From positions 1 through 44,780 of the forward strand of contig CBDUXU010000001.1 of NCBI GenBank assembly GCA_965371285.1: DNA of 44,780 nucleotides, given 5' to 3'. Numbering within the stretch: the first letter of the stretch is position 1; each line of letters starts with the position of its first letter. The notes beneath the pieces are model-generated. The model saw only the letters and a program-made list of their open reading frames with translations. It did no database searches and had not been told where the DNA came from. Shown here in pieces: positions 26,416 through 32,695 of the stretch. The translations under genes were made by a program, and so were the position numbers. Source of the stretch: an uncultured bacterium (GTDB taxonomy: Bacteria; Desulfobacterota; GWC2-55-46; DRQE01).

Positions 26416-28395
26416 CTACTTAAAGACTACTGTAACAACATTACCACCAGTTAAAATCTTGCCAGGTTTAGGGCTTTGACTAACTGCCGTGCCGCTACCT
26501 TTAAAAACTACATTCATATTGTTTTTATTTGCCATACGAACGACTCTTCTCATTGTACGACCTGTAAAGTCAGGCACAGTACCATCAAAACTAAACTCTT
26601 CCTCATCATCTACCTTCTCTTTAATATTGTTTATAGCTGTGGAAACAAGTCTCGCATCACTGTTTAATTTGCTAGTAGCCACAACCTGGCCGCCAAACCC
26701 GTCACTGCCCCTACCAGGCACAACTCCAAGGTAATTTAAAGTTTGTTTTGCAATCTCCTTAAAAACCGGCGCAGCTATGACTCCTCCTGCAAAACTTCCC
26801 TCCGGCTCATCAATTGTTACCACTATGGCAAGCATAGGATCATCGGCTGGAACAAAACCTACAAAAGATGCAATATACTTCCCTTTTTCATAACCGCCCT
26901 TTTTAAGGTCTGCCTTTTGCGCAGTGCCTGTTTTTCCTGCTACTTTAAAACCATCAAAAGAGGAAAGTTTACCTGTCCCGCCTTCCCCTGTTACAAGTTT
27001 CATCATTTCAGTAACTTTTCTGGCAGTACCGGGAGATATAACTTTCCTTCTAATTATAGGTTCTGTCTTTTCAATAATCTTTCCATCAGGGCTTTTTATA
27101 TTTTTTACTATGCGAGGTTTCATAAGATAACCTCCGTTAGCAATGACCGATACGGCACTTGCGAGCTGCAGGGTAGTTACAGCTATACCCTGGCCAAAAG
27201 AAATTGTATAAAGAGAAACCCCTGACCACTTACTGTAATGCCTAAGTGACCCTCTAGCCTCACCGGGAAGAGCAGACCCGGTTCTCTCTCCCAGTCCAAA
27301 GGACTTAAGCGAGCGATAGAGTTTTACCTTGCCTAATTTTTCTCCAATCTTTATGGCGCCAATGTTGCTTGAATGTTTTATGATATTTGATGCAGAAAGC
27401 CAGCCGTACTCCTTACCGTCATGGAATACCCTGTCTTGTAATTTATACTCACCTTTTTCGCAGTAAAAAATACTATCTTCATTTACAAGCCCCTCGTCAA
27501 TTGCAGCGGCAACTACAAACGGTTTTATAGTTGAACCTGGCTCGAAGCTGTCTGTAACTGCGCGGTTTCTCCAGTCAGAGGGAGTGAAGCTGCCAAAAGT
27601 ATTTGGATCATAAGTAGGCATACTAGACATGGCAAGAATCTCACCTGTGTGAGGGTTCATCACAATGGCCGTACCTCCGCGGGCATTTGCCTTGGTAACT
27701 GCATTTTTTAACGCCTTATCCGAAATGTACTGAATTTTTTTATCAATGGTAAGAGATATATCAACGCCCTGCAAATTACTGTCTATATCTTCAAAAAGAA
27801 GCAGGTTTCCCTTTGCATCTTTATTAACAGTAACTTTTTTAGATGCACCCCTTAAGAGGTGGTCGCTGACAAGCTCCACACCTTCAAGCCCCCCGCCGTC
27901 AATGCCGGTGAACCCGATTAGATTGGAGGCAAGCTCCTTATTAGGGTAGTACCTTCGGCTCTCTTTTAAAAAGCCGATGCCTGCATTCATTTTAATGGCC
28001 TTTCTTACATCGGTTGTTAAATCAACTTGTCTTTTAAGCCATACAAAATTCTTCGAAGAGTCGAGCTTTTTCTTTAGTTCCCTTTTGCTAACATCTAAAT
28101 TTTCTAAAACTAACCTTTGAAGTTCTTTTTTATCTTTCACTCTTGCCGGTTGAATAAAAACAGAATCAACCTCTCTGCTTACTGCAAGTTCTTCAAAATG
28201 CCTGTCATAAATTCCGCCTCTTTTAAAAGGTAATTCAAGAACTCTTGTTTGCTGGTTCTCCGCCATCTTTACGAGGGCGTCACCCTTTAAAACCTGTATC
28301 TGAAAAGCCCTGAAAAATATAACTCCAAAAAATAAAATAAAAACACAAAATATAACGGAAACACGGAATCTAAACCAAGTGTTTTTTTTCTTCAT
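26416..28395 (-). CDS. ftsI: Division transpeptidase (class B PBP, FtsI-like) with one C-terminal PASTA-like domain
   Basis: 659 aa with an N-terminal TM helix and transpeptidase motifs STIKPF (SxxK), SSN and KTGT. The C-terminal ~60 aa (VPDFTGRTMRRVVRMANKNNMNVVFKGSGTAVSQSPKPGKILTGGNVVTVVF) fits the PASTA pattern. Confidence 0.9.
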   Translation of the reverse strand: MKKKNTWFRFRVSVIFCVFILFFGVIFFRAFQIQVLKGDALVKMAENQQTRVLELPFKRGGIYDRHFEELAVSREVDSVFIQPARVKDKKELQRLVLENLDVSKRELKKKLDSSKNFVWLKRQVDLTTDVRKAIKMNAGIGFLKESRRYYPNKELASNLIGFTGIDGGGLEGVELVSDHLLRGASKKVTVNKDAKGNLLLFEDIDSNLQGVDISLTIDKKIQYISDKALKNAVTKANARGGTAIVMNPHTGEILAMSSMPTYDPNTFGSFTPSDWRNRAVTDSFEPGSTIKPFVVAAAIDEGLVNEDSIFYCEKGEYKLQDRVFHDGKEYGWLSASNIIKHSSNIGAIKIGEKLGKVKLYRSLKSFGLGERTGSALPGEARGSLRHYSKWSGVSLYTISFGQGIAVTTLQLASAVSVIANGGYLMKPRIVKNIKSPDGKIIEKTEPIIRRKVISPGTARKVTEMMKLVTGEGGTGKLSSFDGFKVAGKTGTAQKADLKKGGYEKGKYIASFVGFVPADDPMLAIVVTIDEPEGSFAGGVIAAPVFKEIAKQTLNYLGVVPGRGSDGFGGQVVATSKLNSDARLVSTAINNIKEKVDDEEEFSFDGTVPDFTGRTMRRVVRMANKNNMNVVFKGSGTAVSQSPKPGKILTGGNVVTVVFK

Positions 28396-28745
28396 CGAAT
28401 CCTAACTACCTGATTAGGAGCCGGATAGATAAGCCCTAAATCCTTAAGTGCTATAGCTTCTATCCTTTCAGGAGACTTAAGCTCCATTATTTTGATTCTA
28501 AGCTTTCTGTTCTCAGCCTCTAAATCCATATGAACGCTTCGTGCCATTGTAATGTCATAACCAATACTGGTTACCGTTACCCTGGTCCAGGTATAAAGAA
28601 GCACGACTCCCACCAACACAAGAGATGCCATTACGGCAGTGTAGAAAAAACTCATGTCATGTAAGTTTCTAGCTGCCTTAACATTCTGATGCCTCAGCAC
28701 GCTATGTTTGTTTAAACTTGCTACACTCGACCTTGATGGTGCCAT
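28392..28745 (-). CDS. ftsL: Cell division protein FtsL-like (TM plus coiled coil)
   Basis: 117 aa with a single TM helix, then LEAENRKLRIKIMELKSPERIEAIALKDLGL. Positioned between rsmH and ftsI, with a 4-nt overlap with ftsI. Confidence 0.75.
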   Translation of the reverse strand: MAPSRSSVASLNKHSVLRHQNVKAARNLHDMSFFYTAVMASLVLVGVVLLYTWTRVTVTSIGYDITMARSVHMDLEAENRKLRIKIMELKSPERIEAIALKDLGLIYPAPNQVVRIR

Positions 28746-28765
28746 TTTAAGTCTCCCTTAAGACT

Positions 28766-29731
28766 TTATAATTTTTCTGCAACCCTTAGCCTTGCGCTCC
28801 TTGACCTTGGGTTTGTTTTTATCTCTTCATCGGTAGCTTTAACTGCTTTCCTGCTTACAAGTCTAACCTTAGGTTTGTTATCACACCTGCATACAGGGAA
28901 CTCCGGCGGACATATACAACCTCTCTCCAGTTCCCTAAAAAAGTTCTTAACAATCCTATCTTCCAGTGAATGAAAACTTATGGCGCAAACCCTCCCGCCG
29001 GGGGTGAGGACTTCCATCGCGCCCTTTAATCCTTCTTCAATACTGCCCAGCTCGTCGTTTACGGCAATCCTGAGGGCTTGGAAAACTTTTGTTGCCGGGT
29101 GTATCTTTCTGCCTTTAAAGCTTCCCCTGCCTATTGCCTTTTCTATAATCCCTGCAAGCTCTAATGTTGTCTCTATTGGCCCTGTCTCCCTTGCACTTAC
29201 AATCGCCCTGGCTGCTGTGAGGGACTTTTTTTCTTCGCCGTAATTCCAAAATATATTTTTAAGTTCATCTACTGTAAGTTCATTTACCAGGTCGTAAGCA
29301 CTCTGACCTTCTGACCTATCCATCCTCATGTCGAGCCTTGCATCTCTCATAAAGCTAAACCCCCTCTCAGGTCTGTCTAACTGATAAGAAGAAACTCCAA
29401 AATCAAAAACTATACCGTCAATACCGCCGAGCTCTTTTTCTTTGCAAACTTTCCGGGCAATGTTTTTTATGTCTCTAAAGTTACCCTTCACTACAATAAA
29501 TCTGTCTTTAAATCCCGAGAGAACCTTGCCTGCCTCTTTAAGTGCATCATCATCCCTGTCAATGCCTATTAAAAATCCATCAGGAGAGGCGGCTTCTAAT
29601 ATAAGTTTAGAGTGGCCTCCGCCACCCAAAGTTCCGTCTATGTAGACCCCGCCCGGTTTAACATTTAAACCATCCAATACTTCTTTGGCCATTACAGAGG
29701 AGTGACCAAAGTTACCATTAGAGGTAGTCAT
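28766..29731 (-). CDS. rsmH: 16S rRNA (cytosine1402-N4)-methyltransferase
   Basis: 321 aa. HSSVMAKEVLDGL, DGTLGGGGHS, DFGVSSYQLD and SFHSLEDR. Confidence 0.95.
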   Translation of the reverse strand: MTTSNGNFGHSSVMAKEVLDGLNVKPGGVYIDGTLGGGGHSKLILEAASPDGFLIGIDRDDDALKEAGKVLSGFKDRFIVVKGNFRDIKNIARKVCKEKELGGIDGIVFDFGVSSYQLDRPERGFSFMRDARLDMRMDRSEGQSAYDLVNELTVDELKNIFWNYGEEKKSLTAARAIVSARETGPIETTLELAGIIEKAIGRGSFKGRKIHPATKVFQALRIAVNDELGSIEEGLKGAMEVLTPGGRVCAISFHSLEDRIVKNFFRELERGCICPPEFPVCRCDNKPKVRLVSRKAVKATDEEIKTNPRSRSARLRVAEKL

Positions 29732-30169
29732 TTAAATACCCAAACGGTCTAACATAGAACCTATATCATCACCCTTCATGGCAGCAGCCTCTGCAACTTC
29801 CCATGAAGGTTTGCTCCAAATCTCAAACTGTTTTAATGCCCCGACAAGGACAACTTCCTTTTCCAGCTTTGCGTACTCACGAAGGGGCTGGGGAATTAGA
29901 ATCCTGCCTAATTTATCAATCGTACAATCTGAGGCGCTTGAATAAAAAAACCTCAAAAATGAACGAGTCTCTTTTTTAAACTCAGGAAGCCCTGCTACCT
30001 TCTCCTCCAGCGCTCTCCACTCGGCATGAGGGTAGGCAATAAGACACCCGTCAAATGTAGTAATCACAAGCCTTGTGTCGAATGAGTCATTTAACTCATC
30101 GCGAAACTTAGCAGGAATACTCATCCTACCCTTGGTGTCAATTGTATGGTCGAACCGTCCTCTAAACAT
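29732..30169 (-). CDS. mraZ: Transcriptional regulator MraZ (start revised relative to the track)
   Basis: The track ORF starts at 30238. The canonical MraZ N-terminus MFRGRFDHTIDTKGRMSIP begins at the ATG at 30167-30169, which has GAGG 7 nt upstream. The second DxxxR-type half (IDKLGRILIP) is present. Confidence 0.9.
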   Translation of the reverse strand: MFRGRFDHTIDTKGRMSIPAKFRDELNDSFDTRLVITTFDGCLIAYPHAEWRALEEKVAGLPEFKKETRSFLRFFYSSASDCTIDKLGRILIPQPLREYAKLEKEVVLVGALKQFEIWSKPSWEVAEAAAMKGDDIGSMLDRLGI

Positions 30170-30260
30170 AATTGCCTCTAAACATACCTCTTCCTTAAGG
30201 TCTTTAGGTTTTACATAAAATTCCACAAAACAAAGCATGTGGCACTAATCACGCATAACT

Positions 30261-30287
30261 ATACCACTACATACCACAATACACCAC
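30261..30287 (-). promoter_or_regulatory. Putative MraZ operator: three direct GTGGTRT repeats at 10-nt periodicity
   Basis: The minus strand reads AAAGTGGTGTattGTGGTATgtaGTGGTAT (boxes at 30281-30287, 30271-30277, 30261-30267). This matches the published MraZ-box logic of direct repeats with a GTGG core and a 10-bp period. It lies immediately downstream of the predicted -10. Confidence 0.55.
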
Positions 30288-30296
30288 TTTTCAATA

Positions 30297-30325
30297 AATA
30301 TAAGCCTCTTTTAGGGATTTGTCAA
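30297..30325 (-). promoter_or_regulatory. Predicted sigma70-type dcw promoter (Pmra): TTGACA -17 nt- TATATT
   Basis: -35 TTGACA is the reverse complement of 30320-30325. The spacer is exactly 17 nt (30303-30319). -10 TATATT is the reverse complement of 30297-30302. About 130 nt upstream of the mraZ ATG. Confidence 0.5.
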
Positions 30326-30342
30326 GGAAATAAACCACCGTG

Positions 30343-30380
30343 CAGCATGATGCTGACCGCTGGACTCAATTATAAAAATG
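30343..30380 (-). repeat. Inverted-orientation member of the intergenic repeat family (palindrome CAGCAT-G-ATGCTG plus GCTGGACTCAATTATAAAAATG)
   Basis: Aligns by eye with 37999-38034. The 10-mer CGCTGGACTC is the reverse complement of GAGTCCAGCG at 5011-5020. Confidence 0.65.
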
Positions 30381-30556
30381 CTTGGATATTTGTAGGTTAT
30401 AGTAATGGAAAAGCGAGCTCCAGATTATGTCAAATGGGTCTGCGACAGTTCTCTAAGAAAATATGCGGACTATAGTGAGGGTTTACTCTAAATTGGGTTT
30501 TTTCAAGAAATAACTATGAGGGGTCATAAATTTTTAGATAAGTTTGTAAATAGCGG

Positions 30557-30591
30557 AATGTACCTGATAACTCGGTCCAGCGGGACGCTGG
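30557..30591 (+). repeat. Intergenic repeat family member (AATGTACCTGATAACTCGG plus palindrome CCAGCG-GGA-CGCTGG)
   Basis: Contains the GTACCTGA core of module B followed by a 6-bp-arm palindrome. Lies just 3' of rnpB on the transcribed strand. Confidence 0.6.
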
Positions 30592-30598
30592 AAGTGGC

Positions 30599-30631
30599 GA
30601 AGGGAAATTACCTATTAGGTAATTCCCCTTC
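30599..30631 (-). terminator. 14-bp stem-loop just 3' of rnpB (no U-tract)
   Basis: The minus strand reads GAAGGGGAATTACC-TAATA-GGTAATTTCCCTTC. The single imperfect position is a G.U pair in the minus-strand RNA but an A.C mismatch on the plus strand, which favours function in the minus-strand transcript. Confidence 0.45.
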
Positions 30632-30635
30632 AGAC

Positions 30636-31073
30636 CCTCTTTGAGGCTCGTATAAGCCGGATTCTGTTTACTAATAAAAAACGAGTTTTTTATTAGATAA
30701 CTGTCATTCCTCTAGGCCTGTTGTTGCCAACAGGCTCAAGCAGCCTACCCGCTATATTCTCATTTATACCTAAATATAAATGAATAGGAACGAGCAGTTC
30801 CTGAAATATAGCCTATTTGGCCTTGCACCGGGAGGGGGTTACCTAGCACCAGTAATCACTTACCAGCCTGGTGGGCTCTTACCCCACCGTTTCACCCTTA
30901 CCTGTAAGTAGTAAACACTACCCACTGGCGGTTTATTTTCTGTGGCCCTTTAGTGTTCCCTGGAGTTGCCTCCGGTCGCCGTTAGCGACCTCCCTGCTCT
31001 ATGGTGTCCGGACTTTCCTCTCGCCACTGATACTGCTACCAATGACCAGCGACAGTCTCCGAACCTCAAAGTT
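30636..31073 (-). ncRNA. rnpB: RNase P RNA, bacterial type A
   Basis: The minus strand contains the universal blocks GAGGAAAGTCCGGAC, GGTAAGGGTGAAACGGTGGGGTAAGAGCCCACC, GCAAGGCCAAATAGG, GGGTAGGCTGCTTGAGC, CCTAGAGGAATGACAGTT and ACAGAATCCGGCTTATA. P1 pairs CTTTGAGGTTCG (31060-31071) with CGAGCCTCAAAG (30639-30650). The ends are approximate to within a few nt. Confidence 0.92.
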
Positions 31074-31075
31074 TG

Positions 31076-31084
31076 ATTATAACA
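31076..31084 (-). promoter_or_regulatory. Extended -10 element (TGTTATAAT) positioned to start rnpB transcription at or near the mature 5' end
   Basis: The minus strand reads aaatatgTTATAATcaaaCTTTGAGG, which places TATAAT 5-7 nt upstream of the P1 5' strand. There is no good -35. The element abuts the end of the RNase HI gene, 11 nt below its stop at 31095. Confidence 0.4.
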
Positions 31085-31094
31085 TATTTAATTT

Positions 31095-31700
31095 TTATTT
31101 TCCCTCATCCATAGCCTTGTTTGCCAGGGAGTCTGCCACAGTGTTTTTCTCTCTTGGAATATGGGAGATTTGGAAGGAATCGAATTCTTCTACTAGATGT
31201 ATGACCTGTTTATATATAATTTTCAGTGTTTCGTTTTTGACTTTATACTGGCCGCGAACCTGCTTTACTACAAGTTCGGAGTCGGCAAAAACTTGCATCT
31301 TAAGGCAGCCCATTTTTCTTGCTTCACTAAGAGCCATTAAAAGAGACTCATATTCAGCAACATTATTTGTGGCTATGCCTAAATACTTCTTCAGTTTTTT
31401 TACAGGTTTTTTGTTTTTGTCTAATATATATGCCCCTGCTCCTGCTATGCCCGGGTTACCGCGAGACCCTCCGTCAACATAGGCAATAAGTTCTGGGGCA
31501 GCAAGCTCACCCTTGGATTCACCGGAGCTACCCTTGTCAAAACTCTCATAGAGTGAAGACAAGATATTTTTTGCATCTTCCCTGCTTATATTGAGCTCCT
31601 TGGCAGCAGTCTCCACATCAAGAGTTTCGGTTAAACTCTCAAGGAACTCTCTTTTTATATTATCTGTGATTATATTATGATTTTTGGGATTTTCGGACAA
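31095..31700 (-). CDS. Ribonuclease HI family protein with a ~70-aa N-terminal helical extension
   Basis: 201 aa. The C-terminal ~130 aa carry RNase H motifs: AYVDGGSRGNPGIAGAGAYI (DxGxxxNPG), NNVAEYESLLMAL, VFADSELVV and REKNTVADSLAN. The N-terminal part (…LDVETAAKELNISREDAKNIL…) looks HTH-like. The start is TTG. Confidence 0.8.
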   Translation of the reverse strand: MSENPKNHNIITDNIKREFLESLTETLDVETAAKELNISREDAKNILSSLYESFDKGSSGESKGELAAPELIAYVDGGSRGNPGIAGAGAYILDKNKKPVKKLKKYLGIATNNVAEYESLLMALSEARKMGCLKMQVFADSELVVKQVRGQYKVKNETLKIIYKQVIHLVEEFDSFQISHIPREKNTVADSLANKAMDEGK

Positions 31701-31752
31701 TGTCTCTACGCCCTTTAAGGTAAGTTTGGAAGGTTAAAAACTCAAAACATGA

Positions 31753-32472
31753 TTAACCTTCCTGTTTTTCAAAATAAATTATTCTATGGCAATGAGGGCA
31801 CTCCAGTATTTCCTCATTTGTGCTTCTCTGTAGTTGTATAAATGTCTGAGGCGGTATATTTATAAAACAGCCCTGGCATGTTTCTTTTATAACATTTACA
31901 AGACCCACTCCTGCTCTTTTTTGCCTAACTGCATCATATCTTTTAAGTACAGAAGAAGAAACGCTCTCCACTAGTGTTACCCTCTCAGAGTTTTTGTCAG
32001 AAAGAATTTTATCCCACTCCTTGGTATTCTCGTCTAACTCATTAGTCAGGTTTTCTATCTCAGCTTTAGTAGAGTCCAGCTCGCCATTATTGTCACTGAC
32101 TTCACCTTCTTTACCGCCAATTTGTTCCGCGATTGTTTCGAGCTGTATTTCTGTGAGTTTTATGGTTTGTTTTGCATTAGAAATTTCTTTTGTGAAGGCT
32201 TTAAATTCTTTGTCGTTTTGAACTGATCCCAGTCTTTCTTCATCTTTGGCAATTTTCTCTTTTGCTACTCTTATTATTTCATCTAACTCGCTTTTTTTAC
32301 TATTAAGCTCTTCTAACTCCCCGGAGCTCGAGTCCTTGGAGCCAACCTTATCTTCTATACTGTCTTCCAGTACTGCTATCCTGTTTTTATATGACGCCGA
32401 TTCTGTTTCAATTGTTTTTACTTCTATATCAATTTTTTGGATAGCTGCAAGTATCTCTAGCGGGTTAGACAA
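31753..32472 (-). CDS. Coiled-coil protein with a C-terminal C4 zinc ribbon (COG1579/DUF164-like)
   Basis: 239 aa with a long heptad-rich E/K region, then CQGCFINIPPQ...CPHCHRIIY. TTG start with AAGGAG 7 nt upstream. Confidence 0.75.
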   Translation of the reverse strand: MSNPLEILAAIQKIDIEVKTIETESASYKNRIAVLEDSIEDKVGSKDSSSGELEELNSKKSELDEIIRVAKEKIAKDEERLGSVQNDKEFKAFTKEISNAKQTIKLTEIQLETIAEQIGGKEGEVSDNNGELDSTKAEIENLTNELDENTKEWDKILSDKNSERVTLVESVSSSVLKRYDAVRQKRAGVGLVNVIKETCQGCFINIPPQTFIQLQRSTNEEILECPHCHRIIYFEKQEG

Positions 32473-32504
32473 ATGTAAACTCCTTAAGAATATATTTTAA
32501 ATTT

Positions 32505-32580
32505 TGGTGGGCCCACCAGGATTTGAACCTGGGACCGACCGGTTATGAGCCGGTGGCTCTTCCAGCTGAGCTATGGGCCC
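32505..32580 (-). tRNA. tRNA with anticodon CAU (Met elongator or lysidine-modified Ile2), CCA encoded
   Basis: The minus strand reads GGGCCCATAGCTCAGCTGGAAGAGCCACCGGCTCATAACCGGTCGGTCCCAGGTTCAAATCCTGGTGGGCCCACCA. It folds as a 7/4/5/5 cloverleaf of 76 nt with anticodon loop CTCATAA. G1-C72 is paired, so it is not an initiator. Confidence 0.95.
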
Positions 32581-32634
32581 ATGAAAAGTCCTACATAAAA
32601 GTAGTCTATGGCATTGATGCCAAGACAGTCTTAT

Positions 32635-32663
32635 ATTCTAAGCAAACACTAAAACAGTGTCAA
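32635..32663 (-). promoter_or_regulatory. Near-consensus sigma70 promoter for the tRNA: TTGACA -17 nt- TAGAAT
   Basis: -35 is the reverse complement of 32658-32663. The spacer is 17 nt. -10 is the reverse complement of 32635-32640. This implies a leader of about 48 nt before the tRNA 5' end. Confidence 0.6.
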
Positions 32664-32695
32664 GAAGTCTATTGCCTCTCGCCATAGTTATTGAC

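Noticed and set aside
30170-30238. The longer mraZ start at 30238 given by the track, which adds MLCFVEFYVKPKDLKEEVCLEAI.
   Set aside because: There is no RBS before that ATG. The canonical MraZ N-terminus MFRGRF begins at 30169 with GAGG upstream. The extension would lie in the predicted 5' UTR.
30239-30475. 78-aa plus-strand ORF in the mraZ-rnpB spacer, and a search of this spacer for another structured RNA such as 6S, SRP or tmRNA.
   Set aside because: The ORF spans the dcw promoter/operator and repeat elements and has no RBS. I could not recognise conserved blocks of any other RNA family by eye.
30871-31482. 203-aa plus-strand ORF, the longest plus-strand ORF in the track.
   Set aside because: Its 5' half lies on the reverse complement of RNase P RNA, where universally conserved rnpB blocks are read on the other strand. 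Its 3' half is antisense to the RNase HI gene. It has low-complexity S/L/F composition and no RBS.
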